From Dehalococcoidia bacterium (GTDB lineage Bacteria > Chloroflexota > Dehalococcoidia > Lucifugimonadales > Australimonadaceae): 64,000 nucleotides of DNA. Below are positions 1 to 8,671 of this stretch, piece by piece (the stretch's first letter is position 1; every line of letters begins with the position of its first letter). The notes beneath the pieces were generated by a model. It searched no databases. It was not told where the DNA came from and saw nothing but the letters and a program-made list of their open reading frames with translations. The stretch lies in assembly GCA_034421335.1 (NCBI GenBank), contig DAOUKL010000055.1, forward strand, positions 4,870 through 68,869. The letters run 5' to 3'. A program made the translations under genes and the position numbers.

Positions 1-48
1 AAGCGCCGCCTCGCCGACGCCGGGACGGCGCCGCAGCAGCGGGCCTGA
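1..48 (+). CDS. C-terminal fragment of an unidentified upstream gene (truncated by window edge)
   Basis: Frame 1 is open from the window edge (...KRRLADAGTAPQQRA) to TGA 46-48. That stop overlaps the next ATG in a TGATG junction typical of translational coupling. Too short to name. Confidence 0.3.
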   Translation, partial: KRRLADAGTAPQQRA

Positions 49-932
49 TGGCGGACACAGTCGGCATACTGAGCACGGGCGACATGGGCGCGGCCATCGG
101 CGGCGCGCTCACGGCGAACGGCGTCGACGTCGCAACGAGCCTTGACGGACGCAGCGACCTCACGCGGCTGCGCGCCGCCGAGGCGGGCATCCGCGACGCC
201 GGCGACATCCCCGCGCTCGTCGAACAGTGCGACATGCTCCTGTCGGTGCTCGTTCCGTCCGAGGCCGTAGGCATTGCGGAGCGCGTGGCGGGGGCGATGG
301 CGTCCACCGGCGCGCGGCCCGTTTTCGTGGAGTGCAACGCCATCGCCCCACAGACCGTGCAACGGATAGCGACGCTCATACTCGACACGGGGGCGCGGTT
401 CATCGACGCGGGCATCATCGGCGCTCCGCCCAAGCCAGGCGCGCGCACGACGCTCTACTGCTCCGGGCCGGACACGTCGGCGTTCGAGCGGCTCGGGGAG
501 CACGGCCTCGACATCCGCAACGTCGGGCCGCGCGTCGGGCAGGCGTCCGGCCTCAAGATGGTCTACGCCGCCTCCACCAAGGGCACGACCGCGGTCTGGA
601 CCGAGTTGCTGGTCGCGGCGGAGGCGATGGGGCTGAAGGACGCGTTACTCGCGGAGTTCGGCGACGCTCCGGGCCCCGCGCGGCACATGAAGGGCGCGAC
701 CGAGATGCCCCGCCGCGCCCGCCGGTGGGTCGGCGAGATGGAGGAGATCGCCGCCACGTTCGAGCACCTTGGGCTCACGCCGCGCATCCTGCAGGGCGCG
801 GCGGACATGTTCCGGCTCGTGGGCGAGACGCCGCTGGCCGACCAGACGTCGCGCGAGCCCGACCCGGAGCTGGGAGAGATGCTCCGCGTGCTGGCGCGGG
901 AGGCTGACGAACAGAGGGGAGTGCTCCCGTGA
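48..932 (+). CDS. NAD(P)-binding 6-phosphogluconate-dehydrogenase-like oxidoreductase with DUF1932-type C-terminal domain
   Basis: 294-aa ORF with N-terminal dinucleotide-binding motif VGILSTGDMGAAIG. Overall pattern recalled from NAD_binding_2/DUF1932 proteins. Normal amino-acid composition, unlike overlapping shadow ORFs. Confidence 0.75.
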   Translation: MADTVGILSTGDMGAAIGGALTANGVDVATSLDGRSDLTRLRAAEAGIRDAGDIPALVEQCDMLLSVLVPSEAVGIAERVAGAMASTGARPVFVECNAIAPQTVQRIATLILDTGARFIDAGIIGAPPKPGARTTLYCSGPDTSAFERLGEHGLDIRNVGPRVGQASGLKMVYAASTKGTTAVWTELLVAAEAMGLKDALLAEFGDAPGPARHMKGATEMPRRARRWVGEMEEIAATFEHLGLTPRILQGAADMFRLVGETPLADQTSREPDPELGEMLRVLAREADEQRGVLP

Positions 933-2209
933 GCGACGAGGCCGCCCCGCAACGTTCCGCCATCGCGAGCGCCGCAGCCAATTTGCTGGCGGCGCCGGGC
1001 CTGCTAGCGGCGTTCGCCCGCCACCCGCGCAGCTACCCGACGTACCTCGGCTACACCAACGGCTTCGTCTACGGCTTCGGCATGGGCGCGTCGACCATCC
1101 TCTTCCCGCTCTACGCCATCGACCTCGACATCAGCCTATCGGGCCTGGGGATCATCGTGGCGGCGCCGGCCGTGGCGATGATCATGCTCCGGCTCCTCGG
1201 CGGCGCGGTGTCCGACCGCTTCGGCGAGCGGCTCATCCTGCGGTTCAGCTTCACGACCGTGACCATCGCGTCGGTGATGGCGGCGTTCTCGGCGTCGATA
1301 GCGCCGCTCATTGCGGCGCAACTGTTCAACGGAGCGTCGCGTTCCGTCTACTGGTCGGCGGCGCAGTCGTACATCAGCCGGAGCGCGGAGGGCGAGGCGG
1401 GCAAGGTGATGGGCCGGCAGCTCAGCTTCGAATCGAGCGGCGGGATCATCGGCGGGATCATCGCAGGCGTAGTGGCGCAGAACTTCGGCTACCCGGAAGC
1501 GTTCTTCATGACCGCGGGAGCGACGTTCCTCGGCTTCCTCATCACCTCGTCCCTGCCGGCGCTGCCGCGCAAGGACCAAGTCCGCAGTTTCGCCGCGAGC
1601 CTCGCGCCCGCCAAGACGATGCTAGTGAAGCGTACGCTGCTGCACGCGCATCTGGTGGCGTTCATGAGCGCGGCGTACGTGGGCTTGGTGGGCGGCCTGT
1701 TCATCGCCTTCTTCCGCGAGGTGGGGTACAACGAGAGCGGCACCGCGCTGGTAATCCGGCTCAACAGCATCGGCGTCAGCCTGCTGGCGTTCTTCTTCGG
1801 CGCGCTGCTCGCGCGGCTGGGGAGCAACCGCACGGCGGTGCTCGGCATCACGCTGACGGGAGTGCTCGCCGCGGGCGTGGGCCTTACCGGAGAACTGCCC
1901 ATCCTCCCGGTCGCGTTCATGGCGATAACGGGCATGACGTTCGGTGGTCTGCGGTCGCTCTATCCCACGCTGGCGGCTGAGAACAGCGCGCCGAACCAGC
2001 GGGCGATGGCGCTGTCGGTCGTCGGGCTGTACTGGGCCATCGGCATCTTCCTGTCGCCGCTGCTCTTCGGGTTCATCGCCGAGGCGACCAGCATCGAGCA
2101 GTCCATCTACATCTTCAGCGGCTTCACGATCGCGGTGGGGTTGCTGTCGCCGGCGCTGTACCGTTTCGGGCGAGCGGGAATCGAGGAAGAGGAATCGGCG
2201 CGGGGCTGA
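929..2209 (+). CDS. MFS transporter
   Basis: 426-aa ORF. GTG start overlaps the upstream stop (GTGA). About 12 hydrophobic segments and an MFS motif-A-like loop GGAVSDRFGERL. Confidence 0.85.
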   Translation: MSDEAAPQRSAIASAAANLLAAPGLLAAFARHPRSYPTYLGYTNGFVYGFGMGASTILFPLYAIDLDISLSGLGIIVAAPAVAMIMLRLLGGAVSDRFGERLILRFSFTTVTIASVMAAFSASIAPLIAAQLFNGASRSVYWSAAQSYISRSAEGEAGKVMGRQLSFESSGGIIGGIIAGVVAQNFGYPEAFFMTAGATFLGFLITSSLPALPRKDQVRSFAASLAPAKTMLVKRTLLHAHLVAFMSAAYVGLVGGLFIAFFREVGYNESGTALVIRLNSIGVSLLAFFFGALLARLGSNRTAVLGITLTGVLAAGVGLTGELPILPVAFMAITGMTFGGLRSLYPTLAAENSAPNQRAMALSVVGLYWAIGIFLSPLLFGFIAEATSIEQSIYIFSGFTIAVGLLSPALYRFGRAGIEEEESARG

Positions 2210-2215
2210 CAGACT

Positions 2216-2260
2216 GTCCTCTCCACCCCTTCGGGGCATCTCCCCCAAGGGGGAGAAATC
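2216..2260. repeat. Intergenic hairpin repeat, module C (gccctctc..ccccttcggggcatctccccc-N-gggggaga)
   Basis: gtcctctccaccccttcggggcatctcccccaagggggagaaatc. Same module recurs at 28070, 28153, 30443, 31747, 44530, 44604 and 63055. Confidence 0.8.
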
Positions 2261-2271
2261 GACCTCCCACC

Positions 2272-5200
2272 CTACCCGCCACTCTCCATCAGAAGGGCAT
2301 CGTAGACCCGGACCATCGCCTCGGTGTCGCGGGCGCAGTAGGCGAGGAGGCCGGCGCGGATCGCGGCGCGCTCGTCGTCGGGGGTTTCCGGCGCAATCAT
2401 GCGGAGGTAGGCGACGGAGGCCATCCGCCCGTCGGCGATGTTCAGGTCGTCGTAGCCGAGTTCGGGAACGATTGCCGGGAGGACGGACTTCATCGAGAAG
2501 CTCCCGTGGAAGTCCGGATGGTAGTAGCCCTCGCGCACGATCCTGAGCAGGTCGACGATGCGGCCCGTCAGCGCAAGGAGCCTGTCGCGGTAGCGCGGAA
2601 GGGCGTCGGCCAGATTGCCGAGCACCGCCTCCTCGTAGCCGCTGTAGGCGACGATGGCGCCGGAGGGGGGAAGGGCGTCGAGGAGCGCGGCGGCGAGCCG
2701 TTCGCGCGGGTCGTTGGCGTCGTCGTTGAGGAACTCGCGGTGCGCGAGCGCGCCCGCGGCGTCGCGGATATGCAGCGACCACTGGAAAGGCATCGTGGTG
2801 AACGGGCGTGTGCCCGCGTAGATGGGAACCACCGGCATGACCGTCTCGAAGTCGAGGAAGCTCATGGGGAACGCGATGTTCCGCAGTTTCGGGCCGAGCT
2901 CTGCGCCGACAAACGGACGCCCGCTCACGACGCTCTCGCGCACGCGCCGTTGCAGTGAGTTGAGGCCCTGGAACTCTGGAGGAATCGCGGCGACGTCGTT
3001 GATTCCCGCGTCTTTCAACCGGAGGCGGAGTTCGTCCTTGAGCCATGGCAGCCGGCGGACGGGGTGCTCAGGTTCATCGCTGTGACAGAGGCCGAAGAAG
3101 GAGCAGCGGTAAGGCTTCTCACAGTGCGGGCCGGTCGCGACCTCCGGTGGGTCGTTGAGCCTCAACGTCTCCCACATCGGCGGCAGTTTACCGGCGAGTT
3201 CGTCCGCCAGATACGACCGGACGTCGTTTGTCACGTCGTCGAGCGCGAAGAGCCGCTCCGGGTCGTGCTCACCGCCCTCGTAGAGGTACTCCTTGTCGAG
3301 GCGCATGATGAACACGCGGTCGACGCTGAGGCCAGCTCCCTCGACGACGTAGGTCTGGATGGCGGCGTCGGTGGTGTGGACGTCCTTGGCCCTGCTCGAT
3401 GATTTCACCTCGACGAGGTCGAAACCGCCCTGCCCGTTCGACACGAGCACGTCGACGCGGACCCTGATGTTCTCGAAGGCGAAGGCGGCCTCGAAGAGGG
3501 GAGGCGGAGCGTCACGGGCGAGCAGGGCCTGCGTCGTCGCGACGGCCTCGCCGTGCTCGTTGTACGGCTCCTCGACGAGCACGCCGCCGGGCCAGCGGCG
3601 CCGGGCAAGCTCGCCGACGGCATTCCCCATATCGAAGATCGCCTGTTGCGCCTCCCCAACCGGGTCGGCAAGTTCGATGTGGTACGACTCCAGGTAGAGG
3701 CGCTTCGGGCACTGAAGGCCGTGCTGAAAGCGGGACTTGGAGAGAGTCGGCGACGCCTGCAGCGCCCGCTTGCGGGCCAGCGCTTTGAAGAACCGCAGCG
3801 CCTCCGGGTTGGCGAGCGCATCCAGGCTCACGGCCTGCTCGACGGGGACGCCGGTGAGAATCTTCTTCACGGGCACCTCGAGCTTCTTGCCGTTCAGCGT
3901 CCGGGGAACTTCCGGTATCTCGTGGGCCTCGTCGGGAACATGGCGGGGCGAGAGGTTCGTGCGGATGGCGGCGGCGATCCTGGCCTTCATCGCGTCGTCG
4001 AGCGCATGACCCTCGCGCATGACCACGAACAGGTAGAGTTTGCCCTCTGCGCCGAGCCGGGTGGTGTCGATGACGAGGCTGTCGAGCACCTCGGGGAGGT
4101 CCTCGACGACGCGGTAGAACTCGCTCGTGCCCATGCGAACGCCGCTGCGGTTGAGCGTGGAGTCGGAGCGTCCGTAGATAACGCACGCGCCGCTCTCCGT
4201 AACCTTCAGCCAGTCGCCATGGCGCCATACGTCCGGGTACACATCGAAGTAGCTCTCGTGCAGGCGTACGCCGCCCTCGTCGTTCAGGAAGCGCACGGGC
4301 ATCGAGGGCATCGGCTCGGAGACGACCAGTTCGCCGACCTCGCCGACGACCGGCTTGCCGTCCTCGTCGAAGCTCTCGACCTTGCAGCCGAGGCAACGAC
4401 ACTGGATTTCGCCGGCGCGGACGGGCAGCGTGGGGCCTCCGCCGATGAACGCGGTGAGCACGTCGGTGCCGCCGCTGACGGACGCGAGGAGCAGGTCGCG
4501 CTTCACGCGCTCGTACACCCAGGCGAACCCCTCCGGCGGCAGCGGAGCGCCGGTGGAGCCGATGACGCGGAGGGCGTCCATGTCGAGCTCGCGTCCGGGT
4601 TCGACGCCGGCCTTCATGCAGCCGAGGATGTAGGGCGCGCTGACGCCGAAGCACGTCGTGCGCGTCCGCTCCGCCATGCGCCACAGGGCGTACATATCGG
4701 GGTGGGCCGGGCTGCCGTCGTACAGCACGATGGTCGCGCCGAGCAGCAGACCGCTCACCACGATGTTCCACATGATCCAGCCCGTGGTGCTGAACCAGAA
4801 GAAGCGGTCGCCCTCCTTGATGTCGAGGTGGAACGCGAGCAGCTTCAGGTGCTCGAGCAGCGCGCCCCCGTGGCCGTGGACTATCGCCTTGGGAGCGCCC
4901 GTCGTGCCCGACGAGTAGACGACCCACAGGGGGTGGTCGAACGGCACGGGCTCGAACTCGAGTTCCCGGCCCGGCGTGAGGAGGTCCGGCCAGAGGATTG
5001 CGTCGCGCAACTGCCCGATGTCCGGGGCGCCGGACAGGTACGGCAGCACGACGGTCTTGCGGAGCGTCGGCAGCGCCTGCTGAATCTCGGCGACGGCGCC
5101 GAGCGAGTCGAACGGCTTACCGCCGTAGGTGTAACCGTCGACGGCCAGCAGCGCCTTCGGGGCGAGCTGCTGGAACCGCTCGATGACGCTCTTCGTGCCG

Positions 5201-5745
5201 AACTCCGGCGGGCAGCTCGACCACGACGCGCCGATGGCCGCCGTCGCAAGCGCGGCGGCGACGGCGTCGGCGACGTTCGGCATATAGGCGACGACGGCGT
5301 CGCCTCGCCCAACGCCGAGGTCGCGCAGACCGGCTGCGATCTCCGCGGCGCGGGCGTAGAGCTGCGCGCGCGTCCATTCGACCGTCGCGCCGGACTCGTG
5401 GACGGCGATGAGCGCGAGCGCGTCGTCGCGGCGGGCGAGGGCGTGCTCGGCGTAGTTGAGGCTGGCGCCAGTGAACCAGCGAGCGCCCTCGACGCGCGTT
5501 CCGGTCGGCGACGGCGCCAGCACGCGGTCGTAGGGGCTATGCGACCGCACTCCGAAGTAGTCCCACACCGTCTCCCAGAAGGCGCCGACATCGGCGACCG
5601 ACCACCGCCACAGATCCTCGTAGCCGGCGAAGCGCAGCCCGCGCGTCTCGCCCAGCCACCGCTCGTAGGCGGCGAGATTGGCGGCGGCCTTGCGGCTCTC
5701 GGAGGGCGTCCACAGGAGCGCGCCCTCGGTAATGGGTTCAGGCAT
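2272..5745 (-). CDS. Acetoacetyl-CoA synthetase (acetoacetate-CoA ligase) fused in frame to a DUF2779-type Cas4-like/DEDD-like nuclease domain
   Basis: Start moved to ATG 5745 (MPEPITEGALLWTPSE...); the track start at 5919 runs through an intergenic repeat. The N-terminal ~664 aa have AMP-binding motif YSSGTTGAPKAIVH and end ...ANPEALRFF. There is no stop at the junction (~3753). The C-terminal 493 aa have QCPKRLYL, FDLVEVK, HCEKPYRCSFFGLCH, FLDFET and CARDTEAM. Confidence 0.8.
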   Translation of the reverse strand: MPEPITEGALLWTPSESRKAAANLAAYERWLGETRGLRFAGYEDLWRWSVADVGAFWETVWDYFGVRSHSPYDRVLAPSPTGTRVEGARWFTGASLNYAEHALARRDDALALIAVHESGATVEWTRAQLYARAAEIAAGLRDLGVGRGDAVVAYMPNVADAVAAALATAAIGASWSSCPPEFGTKSVIERFQQLAPKALLAVDGYTYGGKPFDSLGAVAEIQQALPTLRKTVVLPYLSGAPDIGQLRDAILWPDLLTPGRELEFEPVPFDHPLWVVYSSGTTGAPKAIVHGHGGALLEHLKLLAFHLDIKEGDRFFWFSTTGWIMWNIVVSGLLLGATIVLYDGSPAHPDMYALWRMAERTRTTCFGVSAPYILGCMKAGVEPGRELDMDALRVIGSTGAPLPPEGFAWVYERVKRDLLLASVSGGTDVLTAFIGGGPTLPVRAGEIQCRCLGCKVESFDEDGKPVVGEVGELVVSEPMPSMPVRFLNDEGGVRLHESYFDVYPDVWRHGDWLKVTESGACVIYGRSDSTLNRSGVRMGTSEFYRVVEDLPEVLDSLVIDTTRLGAEGKLYLFVVMREGHALDDAMKARIAAAIRTNLSPRHVPDEAHEIPEVPRTLNGKKLEVPVKKILTGVPVEQAVSLDALANPEALRFFKALARKRALQASPTLSKSRFQHGLQCPKRLYLESYHIELADPVGEAQQAIFDMGNAVGELARRRWPGGVLVEEPYNEHGEAVATTQALLARDAPPPLFEAAFAFENIRVRVDVLVSNGQGGFDLVEVKSSSRAKDVHTTDAAIQTYVVEGAGLSVDRVFIMRLDKEYLYEGGEHDPERLFALDDVTNDVRSYLADELAGKLPPMWETLRLNDPPEVATGPHCEKPYRCSFFGLCHSDEPEHPVRRLPWLKDELRLRLKDAGINDVAAIPPEFQGLNSLQRRVRESVVSGRPFVGAELGPKLRNIAFPMSFLDFETVMPVVPIYAGTRPFTTMPFQWSLHIRDAAGALAHREFLNDDANDPRERLAAALLDALPPSGAIVAYSGYEEAVLGNLADALPRYRDRLLALTGRIVDLLRIVREGYYHPDFHGSFSMKSVLPAIVPELGYDDLNIADGRMASVAYLRMIAPETPDDERAAIRAGLLAYCARDTEAMVRVYDALLMESGG

Positions 5746-5804
5746 AGGCGTAGGCGTCTCGGTCACTGGCGGCCTCACGGTGTGGGGTTCGCCGCAGCCC
5801 GGAT

Positions 5805-5957
5805 CATGGCTCGACAGGCTTGCCACGAACCGTCCCGGCGCATGGGGAGAGTGGCAGGATAGCGGGTTGCTCGTCAAGAGGCGCGGGGGAGGGGAGAATA
5901 GGGATGACAGGAGGCGCAACCCTCTCCCCGGCCCTCCCCCACGGGGGGAGGGGAGTT
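5805..5957. repeat. Intergenic repeat cluster (degenerate module A + module B)
   Basis: catggctcgacaggcttgccacgaac (5805-5830) resembles tggttcgacaggctcaccacgaac. ccctctccccggccctcccccacggggggaggggag (5920-5955) is the module B hairpin. Confidence 0.7.
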
Positions 5958-5977
5958 AGCAGCCTCGCCACGCGCCT

Positions 5978-7213
5978 CTACGCTCGCGGGGGTTTGGCCA
6001 GCAGCACGATGGCGCCGGCGAGCCCCCACGAGGCGGCGGCCACGAGAAAGGCGAGCGTGTAGCCGCTTTGGATGTCGTAGAGCACACCGAAGAGCACGGG
6101 GCCCAACGCGCCCATGACCATCGCGAACGGCCTGAACAGGCTGTTGATAGCCCCCAGGTGCGCCCGCCCGAAGTAGTTCGCCGTCAGCAGCGCCCGCAGG
6201 ATCAGGTAGCCGCCCATCGCCACGCCCGCCGCGAACATCACCGGCAGCAGCGCCTCGAAGCTCCGCACCTGCAGGAACACGACGATCAGCCCCGCCGTCG
6301 TCAGCGCCGAGCCCGACATCAGGTAGCGCGCGGGAACGCGCTCGCCCAGCAAGCCCCAGCCCGGCCGCGCGAGCCCGGACATCAGCCCGTAGATGGCGAT
6401 GCCGAACGAGGCGTCCGCCGCCGTGAAACCCGACTCGACGAGGAACGGATGCCAGTTGCTCTGAAACCCGGTGATGCCGAGGCTCACGAGGCTGAACGAC
6501 ACGAGCAGCAGCCAGAAGGCCGGAGTCCGCACTGCCTGGCGCCGCGTGAGCGACCGCTCCTCGACAGGCGGCCTCGCCGTCGAGGCCGCCGGAGGGGCGC
6601 CGCCGTCCGGCTGCAGGCCGGCGTCCTCGGGGCGTGTCCGGATGAGCAGGGCGAGGGCGAAGGAGATTGAGCCGACGGCGACTCCGAACCACAGCCAGGC
6701 GTCGCGCCAGCCTACGGTCTCGATGAGCGCGCTGACGCCCGCGGGAAACAGGAGCGCCCCCAGCCCGACGCCCATCACCGCCACGCCGAGCGCCCTGCCG
6801 CGCCGCCGCACGAACCACTTGGGCACGAGTGTCTGCGAGATGAAGAACCCGCTGCCGAGCTCGGCCACTCCACCCATAACGCCGAAGAGCAGCACGAACT
6901 GCCACAGCTCGTGGACGGCGCCGACGAGCGCGGTCGAGACCCCCAGCAGGACGGCTCCGGCGAGGGCGAGGAGGCGCGGCCCGCGCTTCGTGTCGTACAG
7001 CGGCCCGACCACCGGGGAGCAGACGCCGATGATGACCTCGCGCACGAAGAAGGCGGAGAAGAACGAGGCGCGCGACCACCCCAACTCCTCCGTCATCGGG
7101 AGTAGGAGCACGCTGGGGCCCCAGATGGCGACGCCCGACCCGATGCCAGCGGTCACGAAGGCGACGCCGACTATGACCCAGCCGTAGAAGAACGGCCAGT
7201 GGCGCGGGCTCAT
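5978..7213 (-). CDS. MFS transporter (oxalate/formate antiporter-like)
   Basis: 411-aa ORF with ATG start and about 12 hydrophobic segments. Loop GPLYDTKRGPRLL resembles MFS motif A. Confidence 0.85.
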   Translation of the reverse strand: MSPRHWPFFYGWVIVGVAFVTAGIGSGVAIWGPSVLLLPMTEELGWSRASFFSAFFVREVIIGVCSPVVGPLYDTKRGPRLLALAGAVLLGVSTALVGAVHELWQFVLLFGVMGGVAELGSGFFISQTLVPKWFVRRRGRALGVAVMGVGLGALLFPAGVSALIETVGWRDAWLWFGVAVGSISFALALLIRTRPEDAGLQPDGGAPPAASTARPPVEERSLTRRQAVRTPAFWLLLVSFSLVSLGITGFQSNWHPFLVESGFTAADASFGIAIYGLMSGLARPGWGLLGERVPARYLMSGSALTTAGLIVVFLQVRSFEALLPVMFAAGVAMGGYLILRALLTANYFGRAHLGAINSLFRPFAMVMGALGPVLFGVLYDIQSGYTLAFLVAAASWGLAGAIVLLAKPPRA

Positions 7214-7233
7214 CGCCTAATCTCTCCCTCTCT

Positions 7234-7378
7234 GAGACCTCTGCATGACCGCCCTGCGCCTGAGCATGACCCGTGGTTCGACAGGCTCACCACGAACCGA
7301 GGGGGATGGATCCCCGCCTTCGCGGGCGACGGAGGGTGCGGCCCTCTCCCCAACTCTCCCACGCAGGCGAGGGGGGAG
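7234..7378. repeat. Composite intergenic repeat (left TIR-like + module A + module P + module B)
   Basis: gagacctctgcatgac (7234-7249), then tggttcgacaggctcaccacgaacc (7274-7298), ggatggatccccgccttcgcgggcgacgg (7304-7332) and gccctctccccaactctccc...ggggggag (7341-7378). Abuts the stop of the ABM gene. Confidence 0.8.
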
Positions 7379-7696
7379 TTAAGCGCCGCGCCACCAGGCG
7401 TCGTCGGGGAAGACGTTGGCACACATATGGCGCACGGGCTCCTCGGCATAGATGCCCGCCGTGGCCTCCCGGTACTTCAGGAAGTGCGGCATCCCCCGGT
7501 GCGCCTCGAGCGCCGCCTCGTCCTCGTACACCTCGAACAGGAAGAAGCGGTCGGGGTCCGCCTGGTCGCGGATAGCGCTGAACTGGAAGTTGCCTTCCTC
7601 GTTCGCGTGCGTCCCTTCGCCGTCTGCCCGCACTGCGGCGATGAAATCGTCGGCGCGGCCAGGCTTCACCTTCAGGCTCACCATCAGTACCAGCAT
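7379..7696 (-). CDS. Antibiotic-biosynthesis-monooxygenase (ABM/Dabb) domain protein
   Basis: Start moved to ATG 7696, preceded by GAGGAGG. Pattern ...FFLFEVYEDEAALEAHRGMPHF... is typical of ABM domains. Confidence 0.8.
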   Translation of the reverse strand: MLVLMVSLKVKPGRADDFIAAVRADGEGTHANEEGNFQFSAIRDQADPDRFFLFEVYEDEAALEAHRGMPHFLKYREATAGIYAEEPVRHMCANVFPDDAWWRGA

Positions 7697-7805
7697 GGGG
7701 TTGAGTCCTCCTCGAATCGGAACTGCGCTGATTCTACCCTTACGCCCGCCGGATGCATCACGCGCCACGCGGGGCCGCCGCGCGGGGGCACCCCTGCCCG
7801 CGCCC

Positions 7806-8558
7806 CTATCCAGCCCACAACGCGCTCAGCGCCACCACCGCGGAGACGATCACTGCGCCACCCGCCCACTGCAGCGCCCGGGGACGCTCGCGGAGGAGCA
7901 CGACCGCCAGCGCGACGGTCGCCAGCGGGTGCGCCGCCACGATAGGCGCCACTATCGCCACCGGCGCGACCTCGAGGCCCAGGTTGTAACCCACGTACCC
8001 CCCGGCGTCGAGAACCGACGCGCCCAGCAGGAGACTCCAGCCGGCCCGGTTCCACGGCAGCCGCAGCGGTTCCCCCCGCGACCGGATGAAGAGGTAGGTC
8101 GGCGCCAGCGAGAGCAGCCGCACCGCGAACACCGCCGTCATCGCGCTCGACGCCGCCGTCGCCCGGTCGAAGAGCGCCAGAGCGACGCCGAGTCCCAGCA
8201 TGGCGAGGAGTCCCCACCACAGGCCGCCGCCGACCGCCGCGTTATTCCGGCGCAGCGAAAGCATCACGATGCCCGCGAGGATGACCCCCATGAGCGCCGC
8301 CTGCCCCGCCGTTACGCGCTCGCCGAACAGGACGACGGCGACGATCACCGTCACCGCCAGCCAGGCCGACGCCGCCGTCGTGACGATGGACACGGGGCCG
8401 CGCTGCAGGCCCGTGTAGTAGGCGAGGTAGGCGAGGCCGAGGAAGCTCGCGCTCAGCGTCGCCCACACCGCCAGCGAGCCCCGGTCGATCGTCACGCTTC
8501 CGGCGGCGAGTTCGAGAGCGACGAACGGCAGCGGCAGGGCGAGGCCGAACAGCTGCAC
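7806..8558 (-). CDS. EamA/DMT-family transporter (true start probably further upstream, see findings)
   Basis: 250-aa ORF from GTG 8558 with multiple hydrophobic helices. The in-frame region 8559-8669 encodes a further helix (GIWWGAAGLLSWGVADYLAA) but contains no ATG/GTG/TTG. Confidence 0.75.
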   Translation of the reverse strand: MQLFGLALPLPFVALELAAGSVTIDRGSLAVWATLSASFLGLAYLAYYTGLQRGPVSIVTTAASAWLAVTVIVAVVLFGERVTAGQAALMGVILAGIVMLSLRRNNAAVGGGLWWGLLAMLGLGVALALFDRATAASSAMTAVFAVRLLSLAPTYLFIRSRGEPLRLPWNRAGWSLLLGASVLDAGGYVGYNLGLEVAPVAIVAPIVAAHPLATVALAVVLLRERPRALQWAGGAVIVSAVVALSALWAG

Positions 8559-8671
8559 GAAGAACGCCGTGCTGAGGCTGCCGATGCGGCCCGACGTGGA
8601 CGCCGCCAGGTAGTCGGCGACTCCCCAGGAGAGGAGACCCGCCGCGCCCCACCAGATGCCGGCGGTCGAGT

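Noticed and set aside
3553-5862. 769-aa plus-strand ORF, with similar long ORFs at 1622-3046 (-), 3512-4927 (-), 9002-10942 (+), 13675-15099 (+), 15108-16298 (-), 38694-40961 (-), 45050-46906 (+), 51042-52622 (+), 52658-54250 (-), 54973-57513 (+) and 55367-57364 (-)
   Set aside because: All lie antisense to, or out of frame with, genes that have clear family motifs. All are dominated by Arg/Pro/Gly/Ala/His runs typical of shadow frames in high-GC DNA, and none shows a recognisable motif.
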